The notes under the pieces are model-generated. The model made no database searches. It was not told where the DNA came from and saw nothing but the letters and a program-made list of their open reading frames with translations. This document shows, piece after piece, positions 39,473 to 52,859 of a stretch of 64,000 nucleotides of DNA. The position numbers were made by a program, and so were the translations under genes. Every line of letters starts with the position of its first letter. The first letter of the stretch is position 1. Source of the DNA: Seison nebaliae (lineage: Eukaryota). Location: contig JALJEE010000635.1 in assembly GCA_023231475.1 (NCBI GenBank), forward strand, positions 1 to 64,000. The letters run 5' to 3'.

Positions 39473-41299
39473 TTAAATTTCTGTTATTCGAACTGTTTCT
39501 CTTTCTTCAGGCGCTTTCTTTATCGATTCTCGTCGATATGCTTCGATGGCGACTATGTTCGATAATTTTTCCATTTTACTCGTATATAAATAATCGTCGA
39601 CGATGTAAGTGGTCAATGCTTCGACTTCCTTCTCCGAATTACCTATCGACGTCAATACAGAAATGGCGACTAACGCCGCTGTGACAACGATGAGAACGGG
39701 CGACCAAGCCAATACCATCATTCGCAATCCACTCACTTTCGGCACTTCTCGATCGACCACTTCGCTTTGACTCGTATAGACTCGTAGCTGAATGGAAGAA
39801 ATAGTTGAAAATTAGAAAAAAGAAATTTTAATACGAACAATATTATAGTCGTTTGAAATGTGTAGAATCTCATCGCGGTTCAAAATTTCAGTCGAATAAT
39901 TTTCCGACGAAATCGAAGTATCTACCACTAATGATGACAAGTAGACTTTGTCGATCAATTGACGATTCTCATTGAGGAATTTCATCGTTCCAAAATTTTC
40001 ATTAATTTCATCTAAATCCTCATCGATTTGTATTCCTTGAACTGACATCAAAACTGACATCTAAATATGAGAATAAATTACAAATGAAAACTTTCTTCTT
40101 CGTATCGAACATTTATTTTCTCCAACTGAATCGTTTGATCTATTTTGAATTTGGCATTTCTATTACTCAACGATTTCGTCCAATGAACACTGAAAATGGA
40201 GAATTCGCATTTCACTTCCGTTTTCTTCGGTTTCGTCGAATTAACGGGAAAATAAGCAATGGGATTATATAACAATCCAATTTTTCTTAGAAACATTGGA
40301 CGTAGCGTATACTAAATTTGAATGAATGAATTAAAGTATAATTTGAATGAATAATTAAAAATTGAACCATGTCGAGTTGGAGAAAAGGGAAATATGGAGC
40401 GGAATCTTCAGAGAATTTTTCGTCTTCCACAATCATGAATTCGTGTGGACCGTTAGCGTATAAATAGAATTTTTGATAAAATCGTTCGTAGCAACTGAGT
40501 GGATACGAACCACAATGCAAATAGAAGAAACAACTAAAATATAATTTCTCTAATAAATTCTCATGAATTTTGACGATTGTCTTTCGTAAACGATTCTGTT
40601 GTTCCTTAGTCACGTCATACGTCGCCTAAATGAATGAGAGAGAATGAAATTGAATGTGAAAATGATGAAATTTACACTTTACTCTCATTCAAATTCATTC
40701 GCCATCTCTTCTGATAATGGTCTTTACTTCGATATTGGAAATTTGGAATAATCGGATGGAAAAATGAATTGTCCAATGATAATTGGAATTCATTATCTTT
40801 TTCAAATATTCTTTCAATTAAAATCAATTCATTCAAATACACTAACCAGTAATGGTGAACCAGATGAATTCGAATATTTGAGTAATTTTATTACCATCAT
40901 CCAAAATGGCACGATAAACGCCTAAATGATGTAATTGAAATGGATCCACTTCTAATCTATCTAATTTTTATTTATTAAATAATTGGGACGAATGTGAAAT
41001 GAACCATATCGTTCACAATTCACATCAGGAAATTGATCAGAGTCGAAACGATTTACAATTTTTTCATTCGGATATCGATATGCACAAATTCGTGCAGACG
41101 GTTCTTTGAACCATTCTAACGTGTAGCCCTCTTTCAACGTCATTCGACTACTCAAGAACATACTCTTGACATTGCCGAACTGATAAATCTTCACTTCATT
41201 CACTTCACTATAATAGAAAGTGTTTTTGTCGACATCGACAATTTTGAACGATCTCGACAAATGAACGAAGAGAATCAATTGAAAAATAATTCGAATCAT
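39473..41299 (-). CDS. Multi-exon hypothetical type I membrane protein (signal peptide, possible Ig-like N-terminus, C-terminal TM)
   Basis: Chain of same-strand ORF fragments separated by short AT-rich intron-like gaps; N-terminal hydrophobic 'MIRIIFQLILFVHLSRS'; TM 'LAWSPVLIVVTAALVAISVLT'. Internal exon structure not fully resolved. Confidence 0.45.
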
Positions 41300-42074
41300 T
41301 TCTCAATTGTTTCAATAATTCCAAATTTTCACTAGTTAACATATTTTGAGTTTTTATTCAAATAGAAAAAAATAAAATAGAAGAAGGAGTTGACTAATTA
41401 AATTTTAATATGTTTCTTTTTTTTGTGTTAAGAAAATAGAATAAATATTGAGAGAAAAAAACAATAAACGATATTCTCACCATAATCTTCTAATATGAAT
41501 GGTGATATGAAAAGTACGTGAAGACGAATTTGCACAATTATCAAACCCGGTTGTTCTTTGTGTGTCTTCCCGAATTCTTTCGTCTTTTCTTCACCACACC
41601 CACCACATTCATCCACTTGCCTGCCCACCCGATTGTTCATTTGAATTGGATCGATTCTCCTTTCGACGTTTTCCTCTCTCCCATTCATCGAAAGAGAACA
41701 TTCAATTTTTACATGCCAATGATTGTGAGAATAATCAATTTTAGAAATTAATAAATAATCATCAAAACGATACCATGAAAAGTGGATGAAAGATGATGGA
41801 ATCGATTATACCGATTGGAAAATGTGAGAACGAAATATGAATACGAAGAGAGAGAGAGATAGAGAGAGTGGATGAAAGAAAATGATATATCATAGAAACA
41901 CATTGGAAATGGACAGAAATGTGCTCAAGTGACTGACAAGTGCGATGGAATTGAAGCAAACGTCAACAGATTGATTGGTATATAATGTGTGTGCATAAAA
42001 TGTGTATTTTTGTGTATTTGTGTGTAATTGTGTGTGTAAATAGAGAATATTAATCGTCTGTGTCTCTATATCTC

Positions 42075-45000
42075 TCATAGACCTTGTGGTTTCTCGGATG
42101 TTGTGTCATACATTCGAATAACGTCGCCTGGTTTCACTGGACCGTCATCGACTTGTGAGAAGGCGTAACCTCGATACGTCGTCCCGTCGTCGTTCTGACC
42201 GATATTGGACGTCTGATCCGACCGTTGGACACTCTTCTTGAACATGTTATGGAATTTGGTCAACTTCCTGAAAAGTGGTGCTCGTTCCATATCTCCCGAT
42301 TGCATTTGAGCGAGTTCACTCTCTTGCACTTCTTGAGCCAAGGTCTTGAATAAGGATCGTTGAATTACGGATGCGACGAAATCGACCAATAATGTCGCAC
42401 ACGGGATCAAAAGAAGTCCCGCCCAAAATTGTGTTGACATATAAATATGGTTTCCAATTCGTGCCATATCCGCTCCCAGAAATGTGAGAGATGGCCAAAT
42501 CATACTGTAGATGATGAGGAAAAGAAACCAGGAAACGATAGAGAAAGCGAATGCTAAAAGATTCGGCCATGTCCAACTATTGGTGACCAGTCCCGCTTTC
42601 ACACAAACCACCACAACGGTATAAGTGTAAATATAATTTCCAAAATATAACAATCCACCAGCTGTCCCGTCATGTTCCATATCGTGTAACAAAAAGAAAT
42701 ATGTCAAATAAAATAACATGAGTGAATGGAGAAGACTTTGAATGATCCATTGCCAGAAGACTTTATAATTGAAATCCGTATGATTCTGAGACATTCGATA
42801 TAATTGTGGGAAACGGAGCATTGTCTTATCACTACAAATCCGATCAAGTAGACCCAACGTCAATGGGAGAGTAGCAGTGAACACCACATTATAAATAGCG
42901 ATCGACCACCGATCGAACACAATCTGCCCACTGAATGCTGAATGAATAGCGAACCATAATTCGATGACATATAATGTTACATTTTTGTAGAATGAATAAA
43001 GTATCACTTTTGCCAATCGCCAATAACTCCATGCTCCATGTACGAATAATAATCGTTCGAGAAATCGAAATTGTGCTATCGTATAATCAGATGCACACGC
43101 TGCTTGCATTCCCTCATTCCCCGTGATGCCCACTCCCACATTTGCCGCTTGAATCATTCCCACATCATTCGCCCCATCTCCAATTGCCAATGTGATGGCT
43201 TCTGTATTCTTCTTAACCAGTTCAACCATTTCCGCTTTCTGCATAGGTGACACACGACAACAAATAACTGTGGCACAATCGATGACTAAATTCAAAAAAT
43301 CTTGACGACATTGTGTGGACAAACAATATTTCAATGTCGACCCATCAACAATTAAAGCTTGCTTTATCACATTTAAATTCTCATTATTTGGCGATTCTAT
43401 CGACGACATTTGATTCCGTCTTTTATTGTTCATTTCCAGAATTTGTTGAAGACAATCATCTTTACTTGTTGATTGTAAAGAAAGTAAATGCATGGACGGT
43501 TGAAGTAATTGTGTAGAATAACCGATATTAATAGCCGTTTCACGTTTATCACCTGTCAATACCCACAAATTAATTTCTGCTTCTAATAAATTTGAAATAC
43601 ATTTTCCCACTCCATCTTGTAAACGATCTTCAATTCCCGTTCCACCTAACAATTCCAAATTCCTTTCAATTTCATCTGCACATTTCTCAATATGTTCCTC
43701 TCGATTATCTAATCTTACCGCTGCTTCCATATATTTTGAATTCCATTTCTCATAAATCTCTTCTGATAATTCTTTATAAGCACAACATAAAGTCCTCAAA
43801 CCAAATTTGGCGAATTGTTCCAAATGTTCTTTCGTATCTTCCAAATATTTCGATTTAGATGATAATCGTTCAAAAATGATGGAATCGGCACCTTTACAAA
43901 ATAAAAGAATTCGATTTCCTCCAAAATTCTCTCTCAAAATCACCGTCATTCTTTTACGATCTGATGTAAATTCGACGATATTTAACAATTCATATCGACG
44001 TTTCTCTTGAAGGAAATCCAATAATAATGATGTGGCATTCCGTTCACGAAATACAAATCCACTCATTCTCATCGCATCAACAATCGCTTCCTCATCAGGT
44101 GATGATGCCTGATAATTAATATCACCACCAATATCTTTATTATCGAAATATGCTTTCTTTTCCGGTATGATGGTATGACAACTGATGAGGAGAGTGATGA
44201 AAAGATCCGTCATCTCACTCATCTCATTATTGAGTTTTAGAGCTTTGCGTAATTCATATGAACTAAATTCACTATCACCAGTTCCATAAATTAAACCGGC
44301 GACGGTACATTGACGGAATTTCATCACATTCTCCGTTAGAGTTCCCGTTTTATCTGAGAAAATATATTTGACTTGTCCCAATTCCTCATTCAAATTCGAC
44401 GTTCGAGCATTAGCTGATATGACATTTTGTTCATTAGGTTGATGATCATTAAAACCGGTAGGAGATGATCCAAGATGGTTTTGTATCATATGTTTCATTT
44501 CCGTATCACTATTGATATATTGAGCTTGGAAATATTTGACGACTTCCAATGTCACTTGAAGTGAAATTGGAATGAGATTATTATAGAGAATAATGAAAGT
44601 GAGAATGTTTAAAAAGACACTCGTTTTCGTCGAATTACTCAATGCCAAATACCAATGTTCGTGAGTTTTAAGAGCGAAATTAACGGTAGCTGAAATGACG
44701 GACATAAGAAGTAAAATGAAGAATAAAAAAATAATTAATTTATTCGTCATCTTTTCCATATTTGATCGTTTGGATGGAACACGACGAGAATTCATCATTA
44801 ATTTCGATTCATGTCCAGTGTATAAAACGATGGCATAAATCCATGAAGTATTCTTCAATTGAGAACCACGTAACAAAATTTGATTTGGACCCAATGGACT
44901 CACTTCCTCTTCGTGCAATGATTGTTTGAGATAGATCGTTCCACAGAATTCATACAAATGTCGATTTGGTGCTTCACATTCGATTCGACCTTGTAATTGT

Positions 45001-45659
45001 TTGAGAGTGGAAATAGTGAGACATTTCGATGTACAATCGACTGCTTGACGAATTTTCAAATTTGTCTCACCATCCAAATTAGCCGTTTGTACATAACAAA
45101 CACCATTGGGCTCACTTGATGAAATGAGGAGGAGATCCGCAGGAAATAAATGACCATCTTGACATTTGACGAAATCGCCAACTTCGATATCTTTCCATTT
45201 GAAATAATCCCAAATACCGTTACGATAAACGAGAATTTTCGAATTATTTATCTTCCCATCTTGAATATGACGTTTCCAATCCTCCATTATCTCCTTACAA
45301 GCCGATACAATCAATATGAGAACTAGTGGGACGAGAGTGGTGAATCGACCAGTAGGTGACACATCATTCAATTGTTGAAGGAATACGATGAAGGCGAAGA
45401 AGATATTTGAATATTTTCGGAATTGTTCAAAGAGAAATTTCGGTAAGAATAAAAGGAACGTATATTTACTCGTACTAATCTCGTTCGATGAGAATCGATC
45501 ACTTTGTGGCTCATTCAAATTAATAATACGAGTCAGTTCTCCACTATTATCCTCCAAATCATCATTCGAATATTTCTCATGTTTCTGTCTCGTACGACAA
45601 CGGAATGCTTGTCTCAATCGTCCCCGTCTCTTCCAGAATTGGAGATCTTCCAATTTCAT
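42075..45659 (-). CDS. P4-type ATPase phospholipid flippase, ATP8A subfamily
   Basis: DGETN, 'PISL', DKTGTLT phosphorylation site, GDGAND, TM1 'LQQ' and C-terminal 'GYAFS' motif typical of ATP8A/Drs2; single 3585 bp ORF. Confidence 0.96.
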   Translation of the reverse strand: MKLEDLQFWKRRGRLRQAFRCRTRQKHEKYSNDDLEDNSGELTRIINLNEPQSDRFSSNEISTSKYTFLLFLPKFLFEQFRKYSNIFFAFIVFLQQLNDVSPTGRFTTLVPLVLILIVSACKEIMEDWKRHIQDGKINNSKILVYRNGIWDYFKWKDIEVGDFVKCQDGHLFPADLLLISSSEPNGVCYVQTANLDGETNLKIRQAVDCTSKCLTISTLKQLQGRIECEAPNRHLYEFCGTIYLKQSLHEEEVSPLGPNQILLRGSQLKNTSWIYAIVLYTGHESKLMMNSRRVPSKRSNMEKMTNKLIIFLFFILLLMSVISATVNFALKTHEHWYLALSNSTKTSVFLNILTFIILYNNLIPISLQVTLEVVKYFQAQYINSDTEMKHMIQNHLGSSPTGFNDHQPNEQNVISANARTSNLNEELGQVKYIFSDKTGTLTENVMKFRQCTVAGLIYGTGDSEFSSYELRKALKLNNEMSEMTDLFITLLISCHTIIPEKKAYFDNKDIGGDINYQASSPDEEAIVDAMRMSGFVFRERNATSLLLDFLQEKRRYELLNIVEFTSDRKRMTVILRENFGGNRILLFCKGADSIIFERLSSKSKYLEDTKEHLEQFAKFGLRTLCCAYKELSEEIYEKWNSKYMEAAVRLDNREEHIEKCADEIERNLELLGGTGIEDRLQDGVGKCISNLLEAEINLWVLTGDKRETAINIGYSTQLLQPSMHLLSLQSTSKDDCLQQILEMNNKRRNQMSSIESPNNENLNVIKQALIVDGSTLKYCLSTQCRQDFLNLVIDCATVICCRVSPMQKAEMVELVKKNTEAITLAIGDGANDVGMIQAANVGVGITGNEGMQAACASDYTIAQFRFLERLLFVHGAWSYWRLAKVILYSFYKNVTLYVIELWFAIHSAFSGQIVFDRWSIAIYNVVFTATLPLTLGLLDRICSDKTMLRFPQLYRMSQNHTDFNYKVFWQWIIQSLLHSLMLFYLTYFFLLHDMEHDGTAGGLLYFGNYIYTYTVVVVCVKAGLVTNSWTWPNLLAFAFSIVSWFLFLIIYSMIWPSLTFLGADMARIGNHIYMSTQFWAGLLLIPCATLLVDFVASVIQRSLFKTLAQEVQESELAQMQSGDMERAPLFRKLTKFHNMFKKSVQRSDQTSNIGQNDDGTTYRGYAFSQVDDGPVKPGDVIRMYDTTSEKPQGL

Positions 45660-47823
45660 TTTATTTAAACTCTTATTATAATAATTAATTAATTAATTAA
45701 TAATGGAAATTTTTTGAAAATTATTTCTAATTTCTCTTCTCGTTTAATAGTGGTTTGTGTTATCGAATTCGAAAGATTTTCTCGATTCTCCAACTCATCA
45801 TTGAATTGATCTATCGAATATGAATTAAATTTGATATATGAAAAAATAGTGTTTCGTCAAAAAAAAAAAAACATAAATTTCTCTCTCTCTCTCTCTCTTT
45901 TCAAACAATTTTCATGTATCTATCAAATACATTTGTAATTTCTCTTTCTTCTCTCCCATTGACAGTGATAATTCACTTATCAAACAACATATGAAACGAG
46001 GAGTAATGTACAGAGAGAAAATGGAGTGACATAGAAGAAAAGAACATACCAATCATTTGATTGTATAAATTCATGTCCGCATAGATATGTATTCACACGT
46101 CCTTCACATCCAAAAGTCGATTGAAACGTACATGAAAAAGTCATTTACATATTCCTGATACTCATCAATTGGAGAGAATTGGGGAGAATTATGAAAATAG
46201 TTTTTAAAGAAATTTCATTGTGAACATTCTTCCTCCATCCAATCGAATGGAAACATGAAACAATGTGTGATGATGGAGCCTGAAATTTTGTTTGGAAGAA
46301 AATGAATTCTTCAAGAAATGTTTGAGGAAGCGAATAAGGTGAAATGTCATCAACTTATTAGTTTGCTCTCTTTTTTCCGCAGATGATTCATATTATTTAA
46401 CGAATGATTAATTAATTTTTGAAAATTTCCAGTTCATCATCTTGTTCAATATTTATGTAAGTTGACCAAATTCGATAACTAAATTATTCGGCCTAACCAG
46501 TTTGCTTAACTTTCTCTTTCATTTGTTTATCTCACTTCCAATTTAACTTTTCATTCCACTCGACATCGTCCCCCCTTAATCATCACTATCAGTAAGAGAT
46601 TCTCTTCATTTTCCAAGGTTTCCTTTATTTACATAACGAATTGTTGAAAGTTGGATTGTCATCTTGGAAACTTCTTTCAATTTCAATGTCTCCATTATAA
46701 TTAGTTCATCCAATTTCACTCACAACAACAACAACAACAACAACATGTTCAAATGGAAATTGTTATTATTTGAAATTGTTTCATGACATATCTCAATTCA
46801 ATTCAATCAATTCCTTTCCAGAAAGATTTCTTCTTTCCAAATGACGTATAATAATTATTACATAATTCCAATTAAGAATCTAGTCGTCTTCCGAGACGAT
46901 TTATCATTTTCATTCGGAAATGAATAAATGATAATTTACTCTCGTCGTGATAAGAGTCGAGTGTAGAAAGATTGATTACAGACAAAAATTATCTATAAAC
47001 ATATGGATATGGTGAATATGAAATTTCAAATTAAACAAATTTAATTTACTTTAAAAATTTTAAGTTTCCAAAAACAGTTCACTTATTTTCATGGAGAACA
47101 CAAAAATTTCACATTTCTTCACAAATTCTTGTGTGACTCGTTTTTCATGAGTGTTCAATAACACTTTGACAAAATTGGAGGAGAAGAATAACTGATAATT
47201 CTCTTGAATTTTTTTTAATTATTCTCATTCTCTTTATTATTCGCTTTTTATAAGAGTCGAATATGAATCTCAATTGACGGATAAAGTAAATTAAAAATGG
47301 TTGATAATGTTTATTATTATATTGCATTTAGTGTGCGAATATTATTGTGAATAATACGTACTATATATATATATATATATATATGTATTATCTCCTTTCT
47401 GATATAAGCGGATATTATATTTTAATTAGATCGTCAGTTAACAGGAAATTGCCTAAGCGTATCCCAATCTACTTTGTTGTTGTTGCAGTTGTTGTTATAA
47501 ATTCCTTTCAATTTTATAAGCTTGTTATTTCAAAAAAAAATATTAAATTAAATTCTTGATGATGGTGATGATGATGAATTAAAGAAATTTAATAGAATTA
47601 AATAAATCTTCTAAAGAATTTGAAGGAGTACGAAAGGAATATATTAACGTCTTCAAATACTTCGAAAAAGGACGTCATCAGTTTAAGCTTAAATTCTGAA
47701 TGGAACCGAGAAATATGATGGACAGACGAAATGGGAATGAGTGAGAAAAATTTGACACGTATATCTAGGAAGGAAGAAACAGAAAATTCATTATTTCATT
47801 TTTGCGCTTTTAATTCAGCTCGA

Positions 47824-48138
47824 TTGTAGTTGAGAAACTACAAAAAAAATTTTGGTAGAATAGTCTTCCTGGGGTGCCTCCTAAAGAGGCATGTCGATTC
47901 TAAAACTAGGAAGAAGCGACAAACCCAGGAAGACTATTAACCTCAAGGAAGGATTGATGTCACAATCCACTGGTCATCATTCAGTGGGAGAGAATGAGAC
48001 ATTGGTGAAGGAGAAATATGGAACAATTTCCTGCTGAAGATATGGAACTCCCACTGATCCTAATTGATGGAAGAAAACTAAAAGAAGTTCTTCATTGGAC
48101 ATCATTAAGAGGAATATGTGGAGACATTATGCTCCTCT
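47824..48138 (+). ncRNA. Unassigned structured RNA candidate (five stem modules, Sm-like site)
   Basis: Stems at 47824-47843 (GAGA loop), 47859-47873/47924-47938 (15 bp, closing two inner hairpins), 47951-47968, 47981-47990/48048-48057, 48108-48138; AATTTTGG at 47848-47855. Confidence 0.45.
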
Positions 48139-48441
48139 ACTCAAAATACTTCCAGTTCAATTCAACAACAACAACAAATACTACTCAATTCAAAAGACGA
48201 GAAAAGCGAAAAATGGAATTAATTTCAATTAATTGTTTTTTTAAATAAAATATTTTTTTTAAAAATCTTCTTCAACTTTCTTTCAACAATTTTCTTTTAT
48301 TCTCTTAATTTTATTAATCTATTAAATATCTGGAAATTGAAAGGAATTTCAATATATTTTCTTCATTTTGAGAGAAAGATAATTAATAATTTATAATATC
48401 ATAAAATAATTTCACGTTTTTTCAACGATTTGATGATGGAT

Positions 48442-49634
48442 CTATTCGATGTCGTTATTATGTTCCCACAAATATTTCTTTAAACTTTGACATTGCTGAT
48501 ATCGGAGCATTTCCTTGATAGCGTTCGTTCGTCGTGAAGGATATTGTTTATCATTCTGTAGAATTCTCTTCATCGTTTTCACTTCCTTCAACGTCAACAA
48601 ACAATTAAGAATAGATTTGTGAGGTAGACCATCAGATGGATTATTGAACGATTCCATCAACTCATTCGAATAGTAGAAGAGAATGTACATGATAACTAAA
48701 AGGAACGATAAGATCATTGTAACAATCATAATCGTTCCCCATCTTAATACACGTGCACCAGTTATATATTGGAGTGTTTTACGTACAGCGTTGACGATAA
48801 TACCGAAAACGAGACGGAAAACTGAAAAGGAAGAATGAAATGGAATTAAACGGAAAAAGGAAAACTGTTATAAACGAAAGTTTTATGTTTAGCGAAAGTG
48901 AGTGCACGTCCACGAAAATGATCAGAACGTCGAATTAGAGGAACGGCGATAAAATCGGATGCTCGATAACTCCGTAACGCCTCATTGACACTAGGTTTCT
49001 TTTGGCTTTTTTCTTTAATGGAAATTGGAATTTTCAAATTAGCCATCATTTTCGTCTTATTGAATGCGGTGGCAAAATTGTAAATTGTTGGCGGTTCAAC
49101 AAAATAATAAACCATGAGAAAATGATCTACAACTTTTTTCACTCGAGGTGCTAATTGAATGATTATGTGAGCCGTACTTTTTGGTTGAATGACACCCTGA
49201 TATGGTCTAATCGCATAATATGGTTGATTAACTAACACTTTGAAAAGGAGAGCGTCTCGATTCACATTCTTTAATTTCATCACAATTTGCTCACATTCTC
49301 CCGACGGTTTCCCTATCACCAATTTAGCTGGTAAAGCGACCAGATCATATGGTGGCAATTCAATATGAAATTGATTCTTTTTCGAAAAATTCGATACTTT
49401 ACTTATGAAACTCTGATTACTATTGACTGATGTTTGACTAACGGACGTTAGAGATGTGGATAATTTTAGTTTCTTTATCGGAGTATCGATTTCCGATTCG
49501 GCTGTATGGAAATTAGCAATCGATTCCGCTTGATACTGATAACTTTTTCCAGTCACATAATAATAGGAATTGGTGATATCAGAAAAAGGAACGTCATCAG
49601 ATTCGATAGTCGATACACCATCTTCTGATTCCAT
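48442..49634 (-). CDS. MSP-domain (VAP/MOSPD-like) membrane protein, 2 exons
   Basis: 'MKLKNVNRDALLFKVLVNQPYYAIRPYQGVIQPKST' MSP-like; intron GTTTTC...TTCAG (~48822-48865) joins to an exon with TM 'IMIVTMILSFLLVIMYILFYY'. Confidence 0.65.
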
Positions 49635-50256
49635 ATTTTTTAAAAAAAAATTAAAATTAAAATTAATCTTTCAAAATTTCTTTCTTGAAATAATTTTCTC
49701 TAAAAATTTCTTTCTTTCAAATAATTTATCTCAAATTCTCTTATTCGACACAAAAAACAACTCTCAGCACAAATGTGAATTAATTTCCATTTTGAACAAT
49801 TTTCGAATGGAATTAGATTGAAATGAAGGAAATTGATTTGGATAATTCGAATCGACTTTTCATTAGGCAGATGAGAAAACGAAGTTTTTATTTGTTGTTT
49901 GACTAATTCCTCCTCTAAATAATCAATCTCAAGATGTGGAGATAGAGAGAGAGAGAGAGAGAGTGAGAGAGAGCGAGTTTGGAAGAAGTGAATAATATTA
50001 ATAATAATAATAATAATTAAAAGTTCGCTAATGTTGAGAGAATGAAAATGTTATGGAATAAAGTGTAGTCCGATGGAATAGAAGAAAGAAAGTTTGTAAT
50101 TTTAACACGAACATAATAACTGGATATGACATTAATTATGAAATAAAATAAAACGATTCGAAGTGTTCACAGACCATTTGAGTGGAAAAGAAACATTATC
50201 TCATAATCAACCATCACATTCTCTGAGTATTATATGGTCGAGTTTTGTTACGCACA

Positions 50257-52823
50257 TCAATATTCACCTGTCGATTCGGAATCGTCATCAACTCCTTTCC
50301 CTTCCTGACTGAATTCCATCGAACTCGATCCAACTTCATTATAGAAATGATAGTTCTCGTCCGTCATGTCGATGGCCCATTTAAATTTGTCTCGTTGTGT
50401 CTTGCTATAAAGTTTAGTTATTGGAATATTGAACTTTTTACTCCTACACAATCAATGAACATGATCAATTCAAATCATTAAAATCAACTAACCAAGCAAC
50501 TGTGATACGAGGATCTAAATAATTCAATTTGGATGTACCTAAGGCGATCGACTTATTTTCTTTTTTATCTGTCGTCTGCATTTCCAACTTATCTTTCCTC
50601 TGACTTAATCGATCCACATCTTTTTCTTTTTTCTCCACATTTCTAAATTTTTTAAATGAAAAATACAAATAAAAATATTTGACAATTAAAAAAAAAAAAA
50701 TTTGACAATTTAAAAAAAAAAAATTTGACAATTTGAAAAAAAACTTTGAAAATTAAAAAAAAAACTTTGAAAATTAAAAAAATATATTTGAAAATTTAAA
50801 AAGAAGAATAATAGAATAAAAGACAAAAGAAAATAAACTTTTTTGCTGTTAATGATCGATCGGATTTAGCAGAGAGACGAGCTTCTTTCAATGACTTCCT
50901 TGCAATTTTCAACTGATCAGTCACGTCACTTAATTTAGTCTCTAAATTTTCGATGGATTTATCGAAGGTTTTGGGCGGTGCACGACGATGGTTGCATAGA
51001 ATGGCTACTTCTCGATTTGCTCGATTGTATGCGAGAATTTTTTGTTCACTTGTTGCGGCGGCTAATGAAAATGAATGTTAAATGAAAATTAATAGAAAAA
51101 TGAACGATTTGTTTGGATGTCCAATTGTTCCTGTAGAGTTCTGGAAGCGTTATACGTTCGGAAAACTTTAGCGGTCAATCCGGTCATGAGTTCTTGAAGA
51201 TATTTGTTTAAATAAGAAGTCTAATAAAAAATTGAATGAAAGAAATGGAAGAAATAAATAAATTTAACTGTAAGCCAATCAAAGAGATCTTCGCTCGGTT
51301 TCTTATTGTTAAGGAAGAGTAATAGACGCTCATAAACTTCTGGAATGACTTTGACTTTGTTTTCATATCGAATTGAATCTTTTCCGAGGAAATCGAATTC
51401 TACATAATAATCTTTTTCTTCTTCTACTAAATTGACATGCTCACATCTTAATGAACAACAACCGACTGTATCAGCTTCATCTTCATCTTTCTCGTTACCA
51501 GCTCTCAATGCGAGAACATCGATGAAATAGAGAGCGACGGCTCTTTGTGCAATTTTCCGATCTTTCGATTTCATATCAGCCATATAATTTGCACGGACGT
51601 TATTAATAATGTTATGGAGACGTCGAGCCTTTTCAAATTTCTCAAGATCTCGTTCACCTTTCATTTTTGAATTAGCATTTAACATTACATATTTGATTTG
51701 ACCTTGCACATTCTCCGTCCATGTTGCTAACCAGGAAACTTTATTATCATGAATTATCTGTTTCCAACGATGGTTATTAGGCGCTGATGGAACTGGACAA
51801 CATTTGGACATATTTAACGTGATATCTTCTGGTTGGACACGTCGTTTCACTTTACCTCGTTTCGGATGTTCGCCACGTCCACGAAAAAGACCGGGTGGTT
51901 CTAATTTCCAATTACCCACCAATTGTTTATGACCATCAATGAGACAAACACCATAATTGAGTTTGAGAAGATTTTCAGCTTCTTTTGCTGCTTTTTTCTC
52001 TTCTTTTGATCGCGCCTTTTTCTCCTCAGATAAATGCTCGTAATATGCATGAACTTCTCGGAAATTACATTTAGATAAATCTTTAATAATTTCACGTTCA
52101 CTTTTCAACATGCCATCACGCCAATCATTAAAGAAATTTGTATTAAACACTTCTTGTTTAGTATAATCATGATTTAACATTTTTGCATAAAATCCCATAA
52201 TCTCTTCCGTTAATAACGATAATTTCATTGGAACTTTATCATAATAAAAATTTATGTTTTTTGGAAGTGACTCATATTCTGGTGCTAACATAACACCTTT
52301 ATGATGCAATGTCGTCCATTTTCGACCATCTTCATATCCTTTCTCTTTCCACCATTCCCATACATCTTCCGTCACTGCTGATAATGATGCTGATGATTCT
52401 TTTTTTTCTTTTTTAATTTCACTTTTCGTTTCTGTCATTGATTTCCTTTTTGGAGCTTTTCTTCCAACTGACATCGTCGATATCGATGATGATGATTCTT
52501 TTTTGATCTGATGTGTCGGATCTGATAAACGTTTACCGTTCGTCAACCGTTTATTTTCACTGTTAATTCGAGTTGCACTAAATGATACTTTGTCAATTGG
52601 CTCCTTTTTCACCTTTTCCTCTTCCTCCTCTTTTATTCGCACTTTCTTCACCGAATTTATATTACCATGATTATTCACTTTTTGATGGTTTCTAACCGTC
52701 ATCGATATCGGTGTACTTTTCCCATTATTAGTTTTCTGTTTCATTTCAATTTTTCTTTTTAATAATATTTTTCTTCGTCTTCGTCTTCTTTCCGATTCTT
52801 CGTCTGATGATGAAGATGACGAC

Positions 52824-52859
<36 letters not shown>

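Noticed and set aside
47640..47860. Assignment of the structured region as U1, U2, U4 or U5 snRNA
   Set aside because: Only fragmentary resemblances (ATCAGTTTAA, TTTGCGC, GCTTTTA, Sm-like site); no U1 5' arm or 70K loop, no U2 GUAGUA, no exact U5 loop 1, spacing does not fit.
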